Shown: positions 20,165-27,859 of the stretch, piece after piece
Layout: each line of letters opens with the position of its first letter
Position numbering within the stretch: the first letter of the stretch is position 1
Assembly: GCA_036260295.1 (NCBI GenBank)
Contig: DATAAD010000082.1
Location: forward strand, 9,965-73,964
Reading direction: 5' to 3'
DNA: 64,000 nt
DNA from: Acidimicrobiales bacterium
GTDB lineage: Bacteria; Actinomycetota; Acidimicrobiia; Acidimicrobiales; AC-14
Made by a program: the position numbers and the translations under genes
Notes under the pieces: generated by a model
What the model was told of the DNA's origin: nothing
Seen by the model: only the letters and a program-made list of their open reading frames with translations
Database searches by the model: none

Positions 20165-20871
20165 GCCGAGCCCTCGCCGGCCAGGCGCCGGCGGCGCGCC
20201 ACCTCCTCGTCGGTGGGGTCCTCGAAGGCGAAGGACCCGAGCGGCACGGCTCCGGCGCGCCGGTACGTCGCCATGAGCACGCCGGTGGTCGACGTCTTGA
20301 CGTCGACGAGCTCCATCCCGCCCGGGACCGTACCCCGCCCGAACAGCCGCTTCCCGGGGCCGACGACGACCGGGAACGTCCATATCCGGAGCTCGTCGAC
20401 CAAGTCGTGCTCGAGCAGGGTCTGGATGAGGTCGCTGCTGCCCTGGACCATGAGCTCGGGACCGTCCGCGTCCTTCAAGGCGCGGACGGCCTCGGCCGCG
20501 TCGCCCCCCAGGAGAACGGAGTTGTTCCACTCCACCGCCTCGAGGGTCCGGGAGGCGACGTACTTCCTGGCCGTGTTGAGGACGTTGGCCACGGGGTTGT
20601 CGACGTCGCTCGGCGTCCCGCCCCGCTGGGCGCGCTCCTGCTCGTCGACGTGGGGCCAGTGGGCGGCGAAGATCTCGTAGGTCCGGCGGCCGAGCAGCAG
20701 GTCGAACGGGCTGGCGAGGCTCTCCGTCATGGTCGCGGCCATGACGTCGTCCCAGTAGTTGACCGACCAGCCGCCCTGGGTGAAGCCGCCGGTGGGGTCC
20801 TCCTCGGGGCCGCCGGGCGCCTGCATGACCCCGTCGAGGGTGACGAAGGCGGAGACGACGAGGCGCCTCAT
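20161..20871 (-). CDS. dihydrofolate reductase-family protein (RibD C-terminal domain type)
   Basis: MRRLVVSAFVTLDGVMQAPGGPEED... and ...LMVQGSSDLIQTLLEHDLVDELRIWTFPVVVG are typical of this family. Confidence 0.75.
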   Translation of the reverse strand: MRRLVVSAFVTLDGVMQAPGGPEEDPTGGFTQGGWSVNYWDDVMAATMTESLASPFDLLLGRRTYEIFAAHWPHVDEQERAQRGGTPSDVDNPVANVLNTARKYVASRTLEAVEWNNSVLLGGDAAEAVRALKDADGPELMVQGSSDLIQTLLEHDLVDELRIWTFPVVVGPGKRLFGRGTVPGGMELVDVKTSTTGVLMATYRRAGAVPLGSFAFEDPTDEEVARRRRLAGEGSA

Positions 20872-21662
20872 CGGACCGCCTCGGCCACGAACTCGGCCAC
20901 CACCGGAGCGACCACGTCGGCCGGCGCCCCGTGGTCCTGCCCCTCGAGCACGGTGTAGCTGGCGTTCGGCAACAGCCCGGACAGCCGGACAGCCGTGTCC
21001 CGGAAGAAGTCGGGGCTGGCCGTGCCGGCGAGGACCAGCGTGGGGACGTCCACACCGCGCACCAGGTCCTCGGGGATGGTCCCGCCCCGGCTCCTGCCGC
21101 CCATGACCGCGAAGTCGTAGGGCATGGTGTGGGCCACCGCCTGCATCCCGGGGTCGGCCGCCGCCTGCTCGGCCATCTCGGCGGACACGCCCGAGGCGGC
21201 GAGGAACAGCCTCACGGCGTCGGCCCAGCGGTCCTCCGAGACCGCCGTCCGGATGTCTTCGGCAAGTCGCCGGGCCCGCTCCTTCTCCTCGTCGTCGTCG
21301 GGCCCGTACGGCGGCTCGTGCAGGACGAGGGCGGTGATCGCCACGCTGCGGGCGGCGGCCTCCAGGGCCAGGCCGGCTCCCGAGGAGTGGCCGTACACCG
21401 CCGCTGCGCCTCCGACCTCCTCGATCAGGGCGGCGAGGTCCTCGACCTCGCGTTCCACCGCGTAGGGCGCGGTGTCGCCGCTCTCACCCCGGCCACGGCG
21501 GTCGTAGTGGACCACGGTGAAGTCCGCGGCCAGCGCCTCGGCCAGCGGCTGTGTCATCGGCCGGTGGCAGAACAGGCCGCTCACCAGCACCAGCGGTGGA
21601 CCTTCGCCGAGCCGGTCGAAGGCGATCTTGGTCCCGTCGCGCGAAGTCACGTAGTTGCTCAT
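20868..21662 (-). CDS. alpha/beta hydrolase
   Basis: Internal ATG at 21662 (MSNYVTSRDGTKIAFDRLGEGPPLVLV), nucleophile elbow GHSSGAG and C-terminal His region GQDHG. The upstream part of track ORF 20868..22298 looks non-coding. Confidence 0.8.
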   Translation of the reverse strand: MSNYVTSRDGTKIAFDRLGEGPPLVLVSGLFCHRPMTQPLAEALAADFTVVHYDRRGRGESGDTAPYAVEREVEDLAALIEEVGGAAAVYGHSSGAGLALEAAARSVAITALVLHEPPYGPDDDEEKERARRLAEDIRTAVSEDRWADAVRLFLAASGVSAEMAEQAAADPGMQAVAHTMPYDFAVMGGRSRGGTIPEDLVRGVDVPTLVLAGTASPDFFRDTAVRLSGLLPNASYTVLEGQDHGAPADVVAPVVAEFVAEAVR

Positions 21663-22285
21663 GCAGGAAAGACGGTCGCCACGGCGCGAAATCATCGGTC
21701 GGGCGAAGGACGTGCAGTGACCGCGGGGCCAGCTGGGGACACCTGTCCCCGGCGGCGGCCGCCCCCGAGTCCTCGAGGCGCCCTTTTGCGGCATTGCCGC
21801 GCCGGGCGTGCTCCACGCCGTCGGACCGTTGCTCGTGCGCGAAAACGTACCCGCGAGGCAGGTCTCCGGCTCGTTGCCGGGCAGGTTGCGCCCGTCGATT
21901 GCCTTCGGGGTCGCCCCGCCCTGGGCGCGGCACTCTGGGCCATCTCGGAGGCGATCGGGCTCCAATAGGAGCCGAAGGTCCACCACCAGCGCCATGCCGT
22001 TGCATCCCCATTCCCCGGGGACCGCTCCGCTGCGGCACGGTCCTTTGCTCCTGCCATTGCCATGATCTCTCGCACGTCTGCGGACCGTACGTGGGCGACG
22101 AAGGACGATCGGCTCGCGCCACTGCTCGTAGGCACTCCAGGAACGGATCATTCTTACGGCAGAGCCGTGCCACCTGAGCGCAAGCCGGTCGGGGGAAGTT
22201 CCTGTCGGCGATCTATTTCGTTGTTGGCGCAACGACGACCGGCAACAACTTGCGCGTACAACCTTTGACAAACTTATTAGATTTT

Positions 22286-22323
22286 TTGATGTCTCCACCC
22301 GTCGCCCGGCTTATACTCCAGCC
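22286..22323 (+). promoter_or_regulatory. candidate promoter giving a leaderless or near-leaderless transcript of the diiron oxygenase gene
   Basis: -10-like TATACT at 22312-22317, 6 nt before the ATG at 22324. No Shine-Dalgarno sequence. TTGATG at 22286-22291 and TTGACA at 22265-22270 lie further upstream in a locally AT-richer stretch. Confidence 0.25.
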
Positions 22324-23436
22324 ATGGTTGACGCGCGGGACGACCTGTCACGTGCCGCGCGCTCCGACCATGTCGGGACGGCCGCCACGATCAAGGCGGT
22401 TCACGACAACGCCGACGCGGTGTTCACCTGGCGGTACGAGCGAGACCGTCCGAAGCTGGCCAACCTCTGCCAGCGCGCCGTCGCGTCCCAATGGAACAGC
22501 GAGACCGATCTGGACTGGTCGACCGACGTCGACCCCGAGCGGCTGGCGGCCGAGATGAGCGCCGACCTGGTGCCTCCGATCGTACGAGCGGCGGCCGAAG
22601 TCCCGGGCTCACCGATCGCCAACTGGGGTGAGCCGGAGTTCAACGCCCTGGGCGTCGAGCTGCTCCGGGCCCGGACGAGCCAGTTCATGCACGGCGAGCA
22701 GGGGGCGATGATGGTCGCCGCCAAACTGGTCGAGACCGTGCCGTGGATCGACGCCAAGTACCTGGCCGCGACCCAGACGATCGACGAGGCCCGCCACACC
22801 GAGGTGTTCGCCAGGTACCTCACCACCAAGCTCGAGGGTGGGTACCCGTGCAACCTCGACCTCGAGCAACAGCTCACCGCCCTGGTCGGCGACAGCCGCT
22901 GGGACATCTCCTACCTGGGGATGCAGATCGTGATCGAGAGCCTGGCTCTCGCCGCCTTCGGCTCGCTGCACGGCATGACGCGCGAGCCACTCCTGAAGAC
23001 GATGCTGCGGTACATCATGGCCGACGAGGCCCGCCACGTCGCCTTCGGCGTCATCAGCCTCGGTGAGCTCTACGTCCATCTGTCGTCGGCCGAGCTGCGG
23101 GAACGCCAGGAGTTCCTCCTGGAGGCCAGCCTGAGCCAACAGGCCCGGTCGTTCATGCCCGAGATGTGGGAACGGCTCGGAGTGCCGATCCCACCCCTGC
23201 TGGCCGCGCTGGCCGAGGCCGCGGCATCGGGCGCCGACCGAGGCTTCTACGCCACGTTCCCGCAGCAGTTCTACGCCAAGCTCGTTCCCAACGTGCGAAG
23301 GCTCGGCCTGCTCGACGCCAACGATGGCTGGCTGCGGAACAGGTGGCGTGACGCCGGGCTGCTGGCCTTCGAGTTCTCGGACGACACTTCCCGAGCCGAC
23401 GACCTCGTCGGCGAACGCGCCATGGCGGCCAGTTGA
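22324..23436 (+). CDS. ferritin-like diiron oxygenase (AurF/p-aminobenzoate N-oxygenase-like)
   Basis: Two E...ExxH-type diiron motifs (HGEQGAMM...IDEARHTEVF and IVIESLAL...MADEARHVAFG). Confidence 0.65.
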   Translation: MVDARDDLSRAARSDHVGTAATIKAVHDNADAVFTWRYERDRPKLANLCQRAVASQWNSETDLDWSTDVDPERLAAEMSADLVPPIVRAAAEVPGSPIANWGEPEFNALGVELLRARTSQFMHGEQGAMMVAAKLVETVPWIDAKYLAATQTIDEARHTEVFARYLTTKLEGGYPCNLDLEQQLTALVGDSRWDISYLGMQIVIESLALAAFGSLHGMTREPLLKTMLRYIMADEARHVAFGVISLGELYVHLSSAELRERQEFLLEASLSQQARSFMPEMWERLGVPIPPLLAALAEAAASGADRGFYATFPQQFYAKLVPNVRRLGLLDANDGWLRNRWRDAGLLAFEFSDDTSRADDLVGERAMAAS

Positions 23437-24032
23437 CGGACCAGGCCCGCGGCGAGGGCGTCGGCGCGCCGCGCCCGGTGTTCCCGAGCCTCAGCACCTC
23501 TCGCGTCCGGCTCCGGCCGGCCACGAGGGCCGACGGCGAGGCCTTCTACTCGCTGCTGCTCGAGCTCGGCCTCAGCACCCTGCCCACCCTCGACCAGTGG
23601 CTCGACGGAGGCCTCGGCATGCGGGACGCGGCGGCGCAGTTCGCCGTCTACCGGAGGTCCGACGACGCCCTCCTGGGGTTCACCACGCTGTACCAGCTCG
23701 ATCCGAACGCGCGCCACGTGAAGGCCGGCGTCTACGCCAGGTTCGAGCAGGCGCCCGGCCTGGCCGCCGAGGCGTCCGTCCTGACGCTCAACTACGGGTT
23801 CGCCATGTGGGACGTACGCAAGATCTACTTCCACACGACGGAGGCGAGCCTGCCGCACTACGGCGGGGCGATCGCCAAGGTCGCCCGTCGGGAGGCGGTG
23901 CTTCCGAATCACCTCTTCTTCCGGGGCCAACTTTGGGACGTGCACGTCTTCGCCATCTACCGCGAGGACTGGGCCGGTGCGGGTGCCAGGTTGGTCGAGC
24001 GGCTCACCCGGCACGTGCAGGCCGCGTCGTGA
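23433..24032 (+). CDS. GNAT-family acyl/acetyltransferase (RimJ/RimL-like)
   Basis: TTG start overlapping the upstream stop. RLRPATRADGEAFYSLL... and ...IYFHTTEASLPHYG... resemble RimJ-like GNATs. Confidence 0.7.
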   Translation: MTDQARGEGVGAPRPVFPSLSTSRVRLRPATRADGEAFYSLLLELGLSTLPTLDQWLDGGLGMRDAAAQFAVYRRSDDALLGFTTLYQLDPNARHVKAGVYARFEQAPGLAAEASVLTLNYGFAMWDVRKIYFHTTEASLPHYGGAIAKVARREAVLPNHLFFRGQLWDVHVFAIYREDWAGAGARLVERLTRHVQAAS

Positions 24033-24034
24033 CC

Positions 24035-24340
24035 ATGTCGTCCGAGCGACGCCCCGTGCTGACCAGGGAGGACGTCGAGCGCCGGGCCCTCGAGCTGGCC
24101 AACTCGGTGCGAGCGGACAACGCGGTGAACGGCGCCACGTACCGGCCGGCGGCCGACGGCCCCCTCGACCTCAGCGACCTCGACTCTTTCTCCCTCCTGG
24201 AGCTGATGGTGGCCTGTGAAGACGAGTTCGACGTGTCCTTCGAAGCGATCGAGCTCGAAGGCCGGACGCTGGACGAGTTGATCGACTACATCGTCGCCAA
24301 CGGCTCGCCGCCGAAAGGGGAGGTCGGACGATCACCTTGA
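24035..24340 (+). CDS. acyl/peptidyl carrier protein-like
   Basis: About 101 aa. LDLSDLDSFSLLELMVACEDEFDV matches the carrier-protein DS(L/F) phosphopantetheine-attachment helix. ATG lies 3 nt after the GNAT stop. Confidence 0.6.
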   Translation: MSSERRPVLTREDVERRALELANSVRADNAVNGATYRPAADGPLDLSDLDSFSLLELMVACEDEFDVSFEAIELEGRTLDELIDYIVANGSPPKGEVGRSP

Positions 24341-24453
24341 AGCAATAAGCCGCGCTGGTGCGAGGCTTGATTGCCAAGTAGGGTGCGGTTGACCCTGCGC
24401 ATTACGCTGGACATGTCGGGCTGGGCGGACGTCTTTCTCAAAATGGAGGAACG

Positions 24454-25389
24454 ATGAGCCTTTTCGGGTCCCTTGACGGGCTGCCACCTCTTGCCGGCGG
24501 TCGGGAGTTCACCGTCGTCGCCGACGACCCCGTGGTGGTCGAAAAGCTACGCGAAGAAGGATTGCCGAGCGTCCTATGGTCGCCCGACCTCGTCGTACCG
24601 GACGGCGCAAGGATCCTGCTGGCGTTGTGCCACCAACTGGTGAGCCGCGCCGTGCGGAAGCAGTTCAGCGAGGCCGCAGTCCTCGTCCTTCCCATCTACA
24701 GCTTCGACGACGACTACGCGTCCATCCTCTATACGCTGCGCATGGTTTTCGAGACCGACTACCTCGACGCGTGCCAGAACAACAGGGACTGGCTCGACAT
24801 GCTGGCCAACAAGCCTGATGGGACGCTCCACTTCACCGGCGGGAACTCCGACCTCCGGGCCCGGCTCCACGACAACATCCGCGCCAACACTTCGCTCGAC
24901 TTGGAGATCGGCAAGGGGGAGTGGGTAAGTGTGGCCGACTACTGCGAGGTGTCGGTCACGGCCCCGTCGCAGTCGGACTGGCTCGGCGCCTTCACGATCG
25001 ACGGGTACGCCGAGGCGGTGGGCGTCCTGGTGGCCGAGGACTCTCGCGTCACCCCCCTCGGGAAGGAGCGCATCCTCGCCGCCAAGCAGCTGCGCTCGGA
25101 GCTGGTGGAGAACGGGCCGGTGCGCCTGGTGGTCAAGGAGGGCGTCCTCCAAGAGGCGATCGTCGCCGGCCGCGACCGCTCGAAGGAGATCTCCGAGGTC
25201 GTCAACCCCGAGTACGGGCTCCACACGCTCGAACTGGGCCTCGGGAGCAACCCGAGCATCGCCCCTCTGGTCGACTGGCAGTTCAACTCCCAACTCAACG
25301 AGGGCGTGGGCAAGGTGCACCTCGGTTTCGGTGAGGGGATCACCGGCGCCCACATGGACTTCATCATCGATCAAGTCTCCGTCAGCTGA
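24454..25389 (+). CDS. hypothetical protein, C-terminus reminiscent of M29 (aminopeptidase T/PepS-like) fold
   Basis: GGAGGA RBS. C-terminal LGLGSNP...GKVHLGFGEGITGAHMDFIIDQVSV resembles the HxALG...H.D motif region of M29 peptidases. The N-half is unrecognisable. Confidence 0.4.
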   Translation: MSLFGSLDGLPPLAGGREFTVVADDPVVVEKLREEGLPSVLWSPDLVVPDGARILLALCHQLVSRAVRKQFSEAAVLVLPIYSFDDDYASILYTLRMVFETDYLDACQNNRDWLDMLANKPDGTLHFTGGNSDLRARLHDNIRANTSLDLEIGKGEWVSVADYCEVSVTAPSQSDWLGAFTIDGYAEAVGVLVAEDSRVTPLGKERILAAKQLRSELVENGPVRLVVKEGVLQEAIVAGRDRSKEISEVVNPEYGLHTLELGLGSNPSIAPLVDWQFNSQLNEGVGKVHLGFGEGITGAHMDFIIDQVSVS

Positions 25390-25404
25390 GCGCTGGGGCC
25401 GTCA

Positions 25405-25422
25405 TCCCCCGGTCGCGGGGGA
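25405..25422 (+). terminator. short hairpin after the M29-like gene
   Basis: TCCCCCG (25405-25411), loop GTCG, CGGGGGA (25416-25422). Confidence 0.3.
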
Positions 25423-25453
25423 CCGAACAACCACCGAGAGGAGGTGAAGTTCC

Positions 25454-25591
25454 TTGCGCAAGGTGATCCTGGAAGACCGGTCATGGAGTGCCAACGACAA
25501 CGACACGACCACGACCGAGAAGACTGACCGACGGACGTCCGAAGACCCCGTCACCGCAGCTGGCGTCGATTACGGGTACGCCCGGATCTAG
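25454..25591 (+). CDS. unannotated 45-codon ORF (candidate small or precursor peptide)
   Basis: TTG start 9 nt after GGAGG (25440-25444). Translation M(L)RKVILEDRSWSANDNDTTTTEKTDRRTSEDPVTAAGVDYGYARI. About 80% G/C at third codon positions. Followed 10 nt later by a very strong hairpin. Below the ORF-track length cut-off. Confidence 0.3.
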   Translation: MRKVILEDRSWSANDNDTTTTEKTDRRTSEDPVTAAGVDYGYARI

Positions 25592-25600
25592 CCCTGATCC

Positions 25601-25637
25601 ATCCCCGGCCCCGTCCTCTCAGGAGGGGGCCGGGGAT
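25601..25637 (+). terminator. very strong GC stem-loop (12 bp + 4 bp stem, 3-nt loop) between the small ORF and the amidohydrolase gene
   Basis: ATCCCCGGCCCC-G-TCCT-CTC-AGGA-G-GGGGCCGGGGAT. No U-tract. Could be an intrinsic terminator, an attenuator or an mRNA-stabilising element. Confidence 0.55.
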
Positions 25638-25690
25638 GAACTCGTGACCCCGGCCCTCGGTGCATTCCGAACGGGTGGAAAGGAGGGTGG

Positions 25691-26977
25691 ATGAGCGTCG
25701 ACGTCGAGAAGTCCTACGTGGTGATATCAGCCGACTGCCACGCGGGCGCGGATCTGTTCGGGTACCGCGACTACCTCGACCCCGGCTATCGCGACGAGTT
25801 CGACGCGTGGGCCGCCGACTACGAGATCCCCTACGAGGACCTGAAGGGCGAGGAGGGCGGGAGGAACTGGGACTCGGAGCGCCGGCGGCGCGACCTCGAG
25901 TCCGACGGGATCGTCGCCGAGGTCGTCTTTCCGAACACGGTGCCGCCGTTCTTCCGCAACTCCTCGCTCGGGAGCCAGCTGGCCCCGGACAGCCAGACCG
26001 AGCTCGACCGGCGGTGGGCCGGGTTGCGGGCCCACAACCGGTGGCTGGCCGACTTCTGCGCCGCGGAGCCGGGCCGTCGGGCCGGAGTCATCCAGCTGAC
26101 GCTGCACGACATCGAGGGATCGGTACGCGAGATCGAGTGGGCTCGCTCGGCCGGCCTCACCGGCGGAGTCCTCCTGCCGGGTGCTCCTCCGGGGTCGGGC
26201 CTGCCGCCTCTGCACGACCGCGACTACTACGAACCGCTCTGGTCGGCGTGCGAGGACGCGGAGTTCCCGGTCAACTGCCACAGCGGTGGGGCGGCCCCGC
26301 GCCCCAGCGACACGCCCGAAGGCCATGTGCTGTTCATGCTGGAGCTCTCGTGGTGGGACCAGCGGGTCCTCCGCCACCTTCTCCTGGGCGGGGTGCTCGA
26401 ACGGCACCCGGACCTCCACTTCGTGTTCACCGAGGCGGGCATGTCGTGGATCCCGAGGGAGATCCAGACCATGGAGTACTTCTTCGACTCCATGAAGCGG
26501 CCTCGCGGCGCGTCGGATCTCAGCTTCGGAGAGCAAGTGGTCTCCGGCCTCTCGTGCCGCCCGAGCGAGTACTGGCGCCGGCAGTGCCACGTCGGCGCCA
26601 GCTTCATGCACCCGTCGGACAAGGCGTTCTGGGACCAGGTCGGTATCGAGTCGATCATGTGGGGCAGCGATTACCCCCACGTGGAGGCGAGCTTCCCGTT
26701 CTCACGCCAGGCCATCGCCCTGACCTTCGGAGGCGTCGTCCCGGACGCCGTGGCGCTGATGCTGGGTGGGAATGCCGCGTTGCTGTACGGGTTCGACGCG
26801 GCCGAGCTCGCCCGGGCCGCGGAAGGGATCGGCCCCCGGCAGTCCGACGTGAGCCGGGGGATCACCCCGTCGGAGGTGCCGCCGGCGGCCGCCAAGTGCC
26901 CGGCGTTCGCCGGCCTGCTCTCCGACTCCGGGCGTCTGCGGTGGGCCGACAACCGCAAGGGCGCCGCCGACGAGTAG
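25691..26977 (+). CDS. amidohydrolase-2 family metal-dependent hydrolase/decarboxylase (ACMSD-like)
   Basis: AAGGAGG RBS. N-terminal VISADCHAG (metal-binding HxH-type site) and C-terminal IMWGSDYPHVE, typical of Amidohydro_2. Confidence 0.8.
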   Translation: MSVDVEKSYVVISADCHAGADLFGYRDYLDPGYRDEFDAWAADYEIPYEDLKGEEGGRNWDSERRRRDLESDGIVAEVVFPNTVPPFFRNSSLGSQLAPDSQTELDRRWAGLRAHNRWLADFCAAEPGRRAGVIQLTLHDIEGSVREIEWARSAGLTGGVLLPGAPPGSGLPPLHDRDYYEPLWSACEDAEFPVNCHSGGAAPRPSDTPEGHVLFMLELSWWDQRVLRHLLLGGVLERHPDLHFVFTEAGMSWIPREIQTMEYFFDSMKRPRGASDLSFGEQVVSGLSCRPSEYWRRQCHVGASFMHPSDKAFWDQVGIESIMWGSDYPHVEASFPFSRQAIALTFGGVVPDAVALMLGGNAALLYGFDAAELARAAEGIGPRQSDVSRGITPSEVPPAAAKCPAFAGLLSDSGRLRWADNRKGAADE

Positions 26978-26993
26978 CGCTGGCCGGGCCCGT

Positions 26994-27848
26994 TCAGGCC
27001 ACGGCCGGTGCCACCTCGCCCATGAACGTCTCCATCTGCTGCATGAGCTGGCCGATGCGCACGAACTGGATGTTGAACAGCTCGACACCGAGCGCGCCGT
27101 CGGCCACCAGGGCGTCGGCGATCGCCGCCGGGCCGCCCAGAAGGACCGGGGCGTACGGTCTCCCGGAGAGCCGGACGGTGCCGGAGGACTCGTCCTCGAT
27201 GGCCAGCGAGTAGTTGGCGGAGACACGGGCGCGACCGGCCGCGGGTACGAGCGTGGACAAGTCCTTGCGTCCGGCGGACGGGCAGTTCCACCAGTCGGCG
27301 TAGTCGCGAACCAGCTCCATCGTCGCCGGGCCGGTCCCCCCGATGAACAACGGCACTGGCGACTGGACGGCGGTAGGACCGGAACAGGTCGCTCGAACGG
27401 TGTAGTGCTCGCCCTCGAAGTCGATCTCACCGCCGGTCAGCATCGACCGGACGATGGCGATCGTCTCGACGAGCTTGGCCCGGCGGGTGGCGCCTGGCTC
27501 GGTCGAGACACCGAACGCCCGCAGCTCCTCCGGCGACGACCCCCACCCCAGACCCAGGTCGAGGCGACCGTCGCTGATGCGGTCGAGCGTCGCCGCCATC
27601 TTCCCCAGCAACGACGGATGGCGCACCCCGGCGCAGAGCATGAGGTGCCCGACCCTGATGCCGGGGACGGCGGCGGCGACCGCGGTGGCGACCGTCCATC
27701 CTTCCATCACACCGGCGTAACCGGGGATCTCGAAGTGGTCGATGAACCAGATGTGCCGGAACCCGAACGACGCAGCCGCGGACGCGGCCTCGACGATCTG
27801 CCCGAAGCCGAGCCCGACCTGCGGCAGATAGAGGCCGAACTCCGTCAC
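26994..27848 (-). CDS. LLM-class (luciferase-like) flavin-dependent oxidoreductase
   Basis: VTEFGLYLPQVG...FGFRHIWFIDHF...RLDLGLGWG... are typical LLM motifs. Start at GTG 27848 (or TTG 27857). The upstream part of track ORF 26994..28313 overlaps the P450 gene. Confidence 0.75.
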   Translation of the reverse strand: MTEFGLYLPQVGLGFGQIVEAASAAASFGFRHIWFIDHFEIPGYAGVMEGWTVATAVAAAVPGIRVGHLMLCAGVRHPSLLGKMAATLDRISDGRLDLGLGWGSSPEELRAFGVSTEPGATRRAKLVETIAIVRSMLTGGEIDFEGEHYTVRATCSGPTAVQSPVPLFIGGTGPATMELVRDYADWWNCPSAGRKDLSTLVPAAGRARVSANYSLAIEDESSGTVRLSGRPYAPVLLGGPAAIADALVADGALGVELFNIQFVRIGQLMQQMETFMGEVAPAVA

Positions 27849-27859
27849 GCCGTGCAAGG

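Noticed and set aside
21484-22298. Several 85-229-aa ORFs on both strands in the hydrolase/oxygenase gap.
   Set aside because: All are compositionally aberrant (Arg/Pro/Trp-rich), mutually overlapping and lack start-site signals or motifs. The region is treated as non-coding pending a homology search.
25488-25694. 68-aa ORF spanning the strong hairpin.
   Set aside because: It has no RBS, a Pro/Thr/Ser/Gly-rich translation, runs through the 16-bp stem-loop and overlaps the amidohydrolase RBS and start. The 45-codon ORF in another frame with a GGAGG-N9-TTG start is the better candidate.
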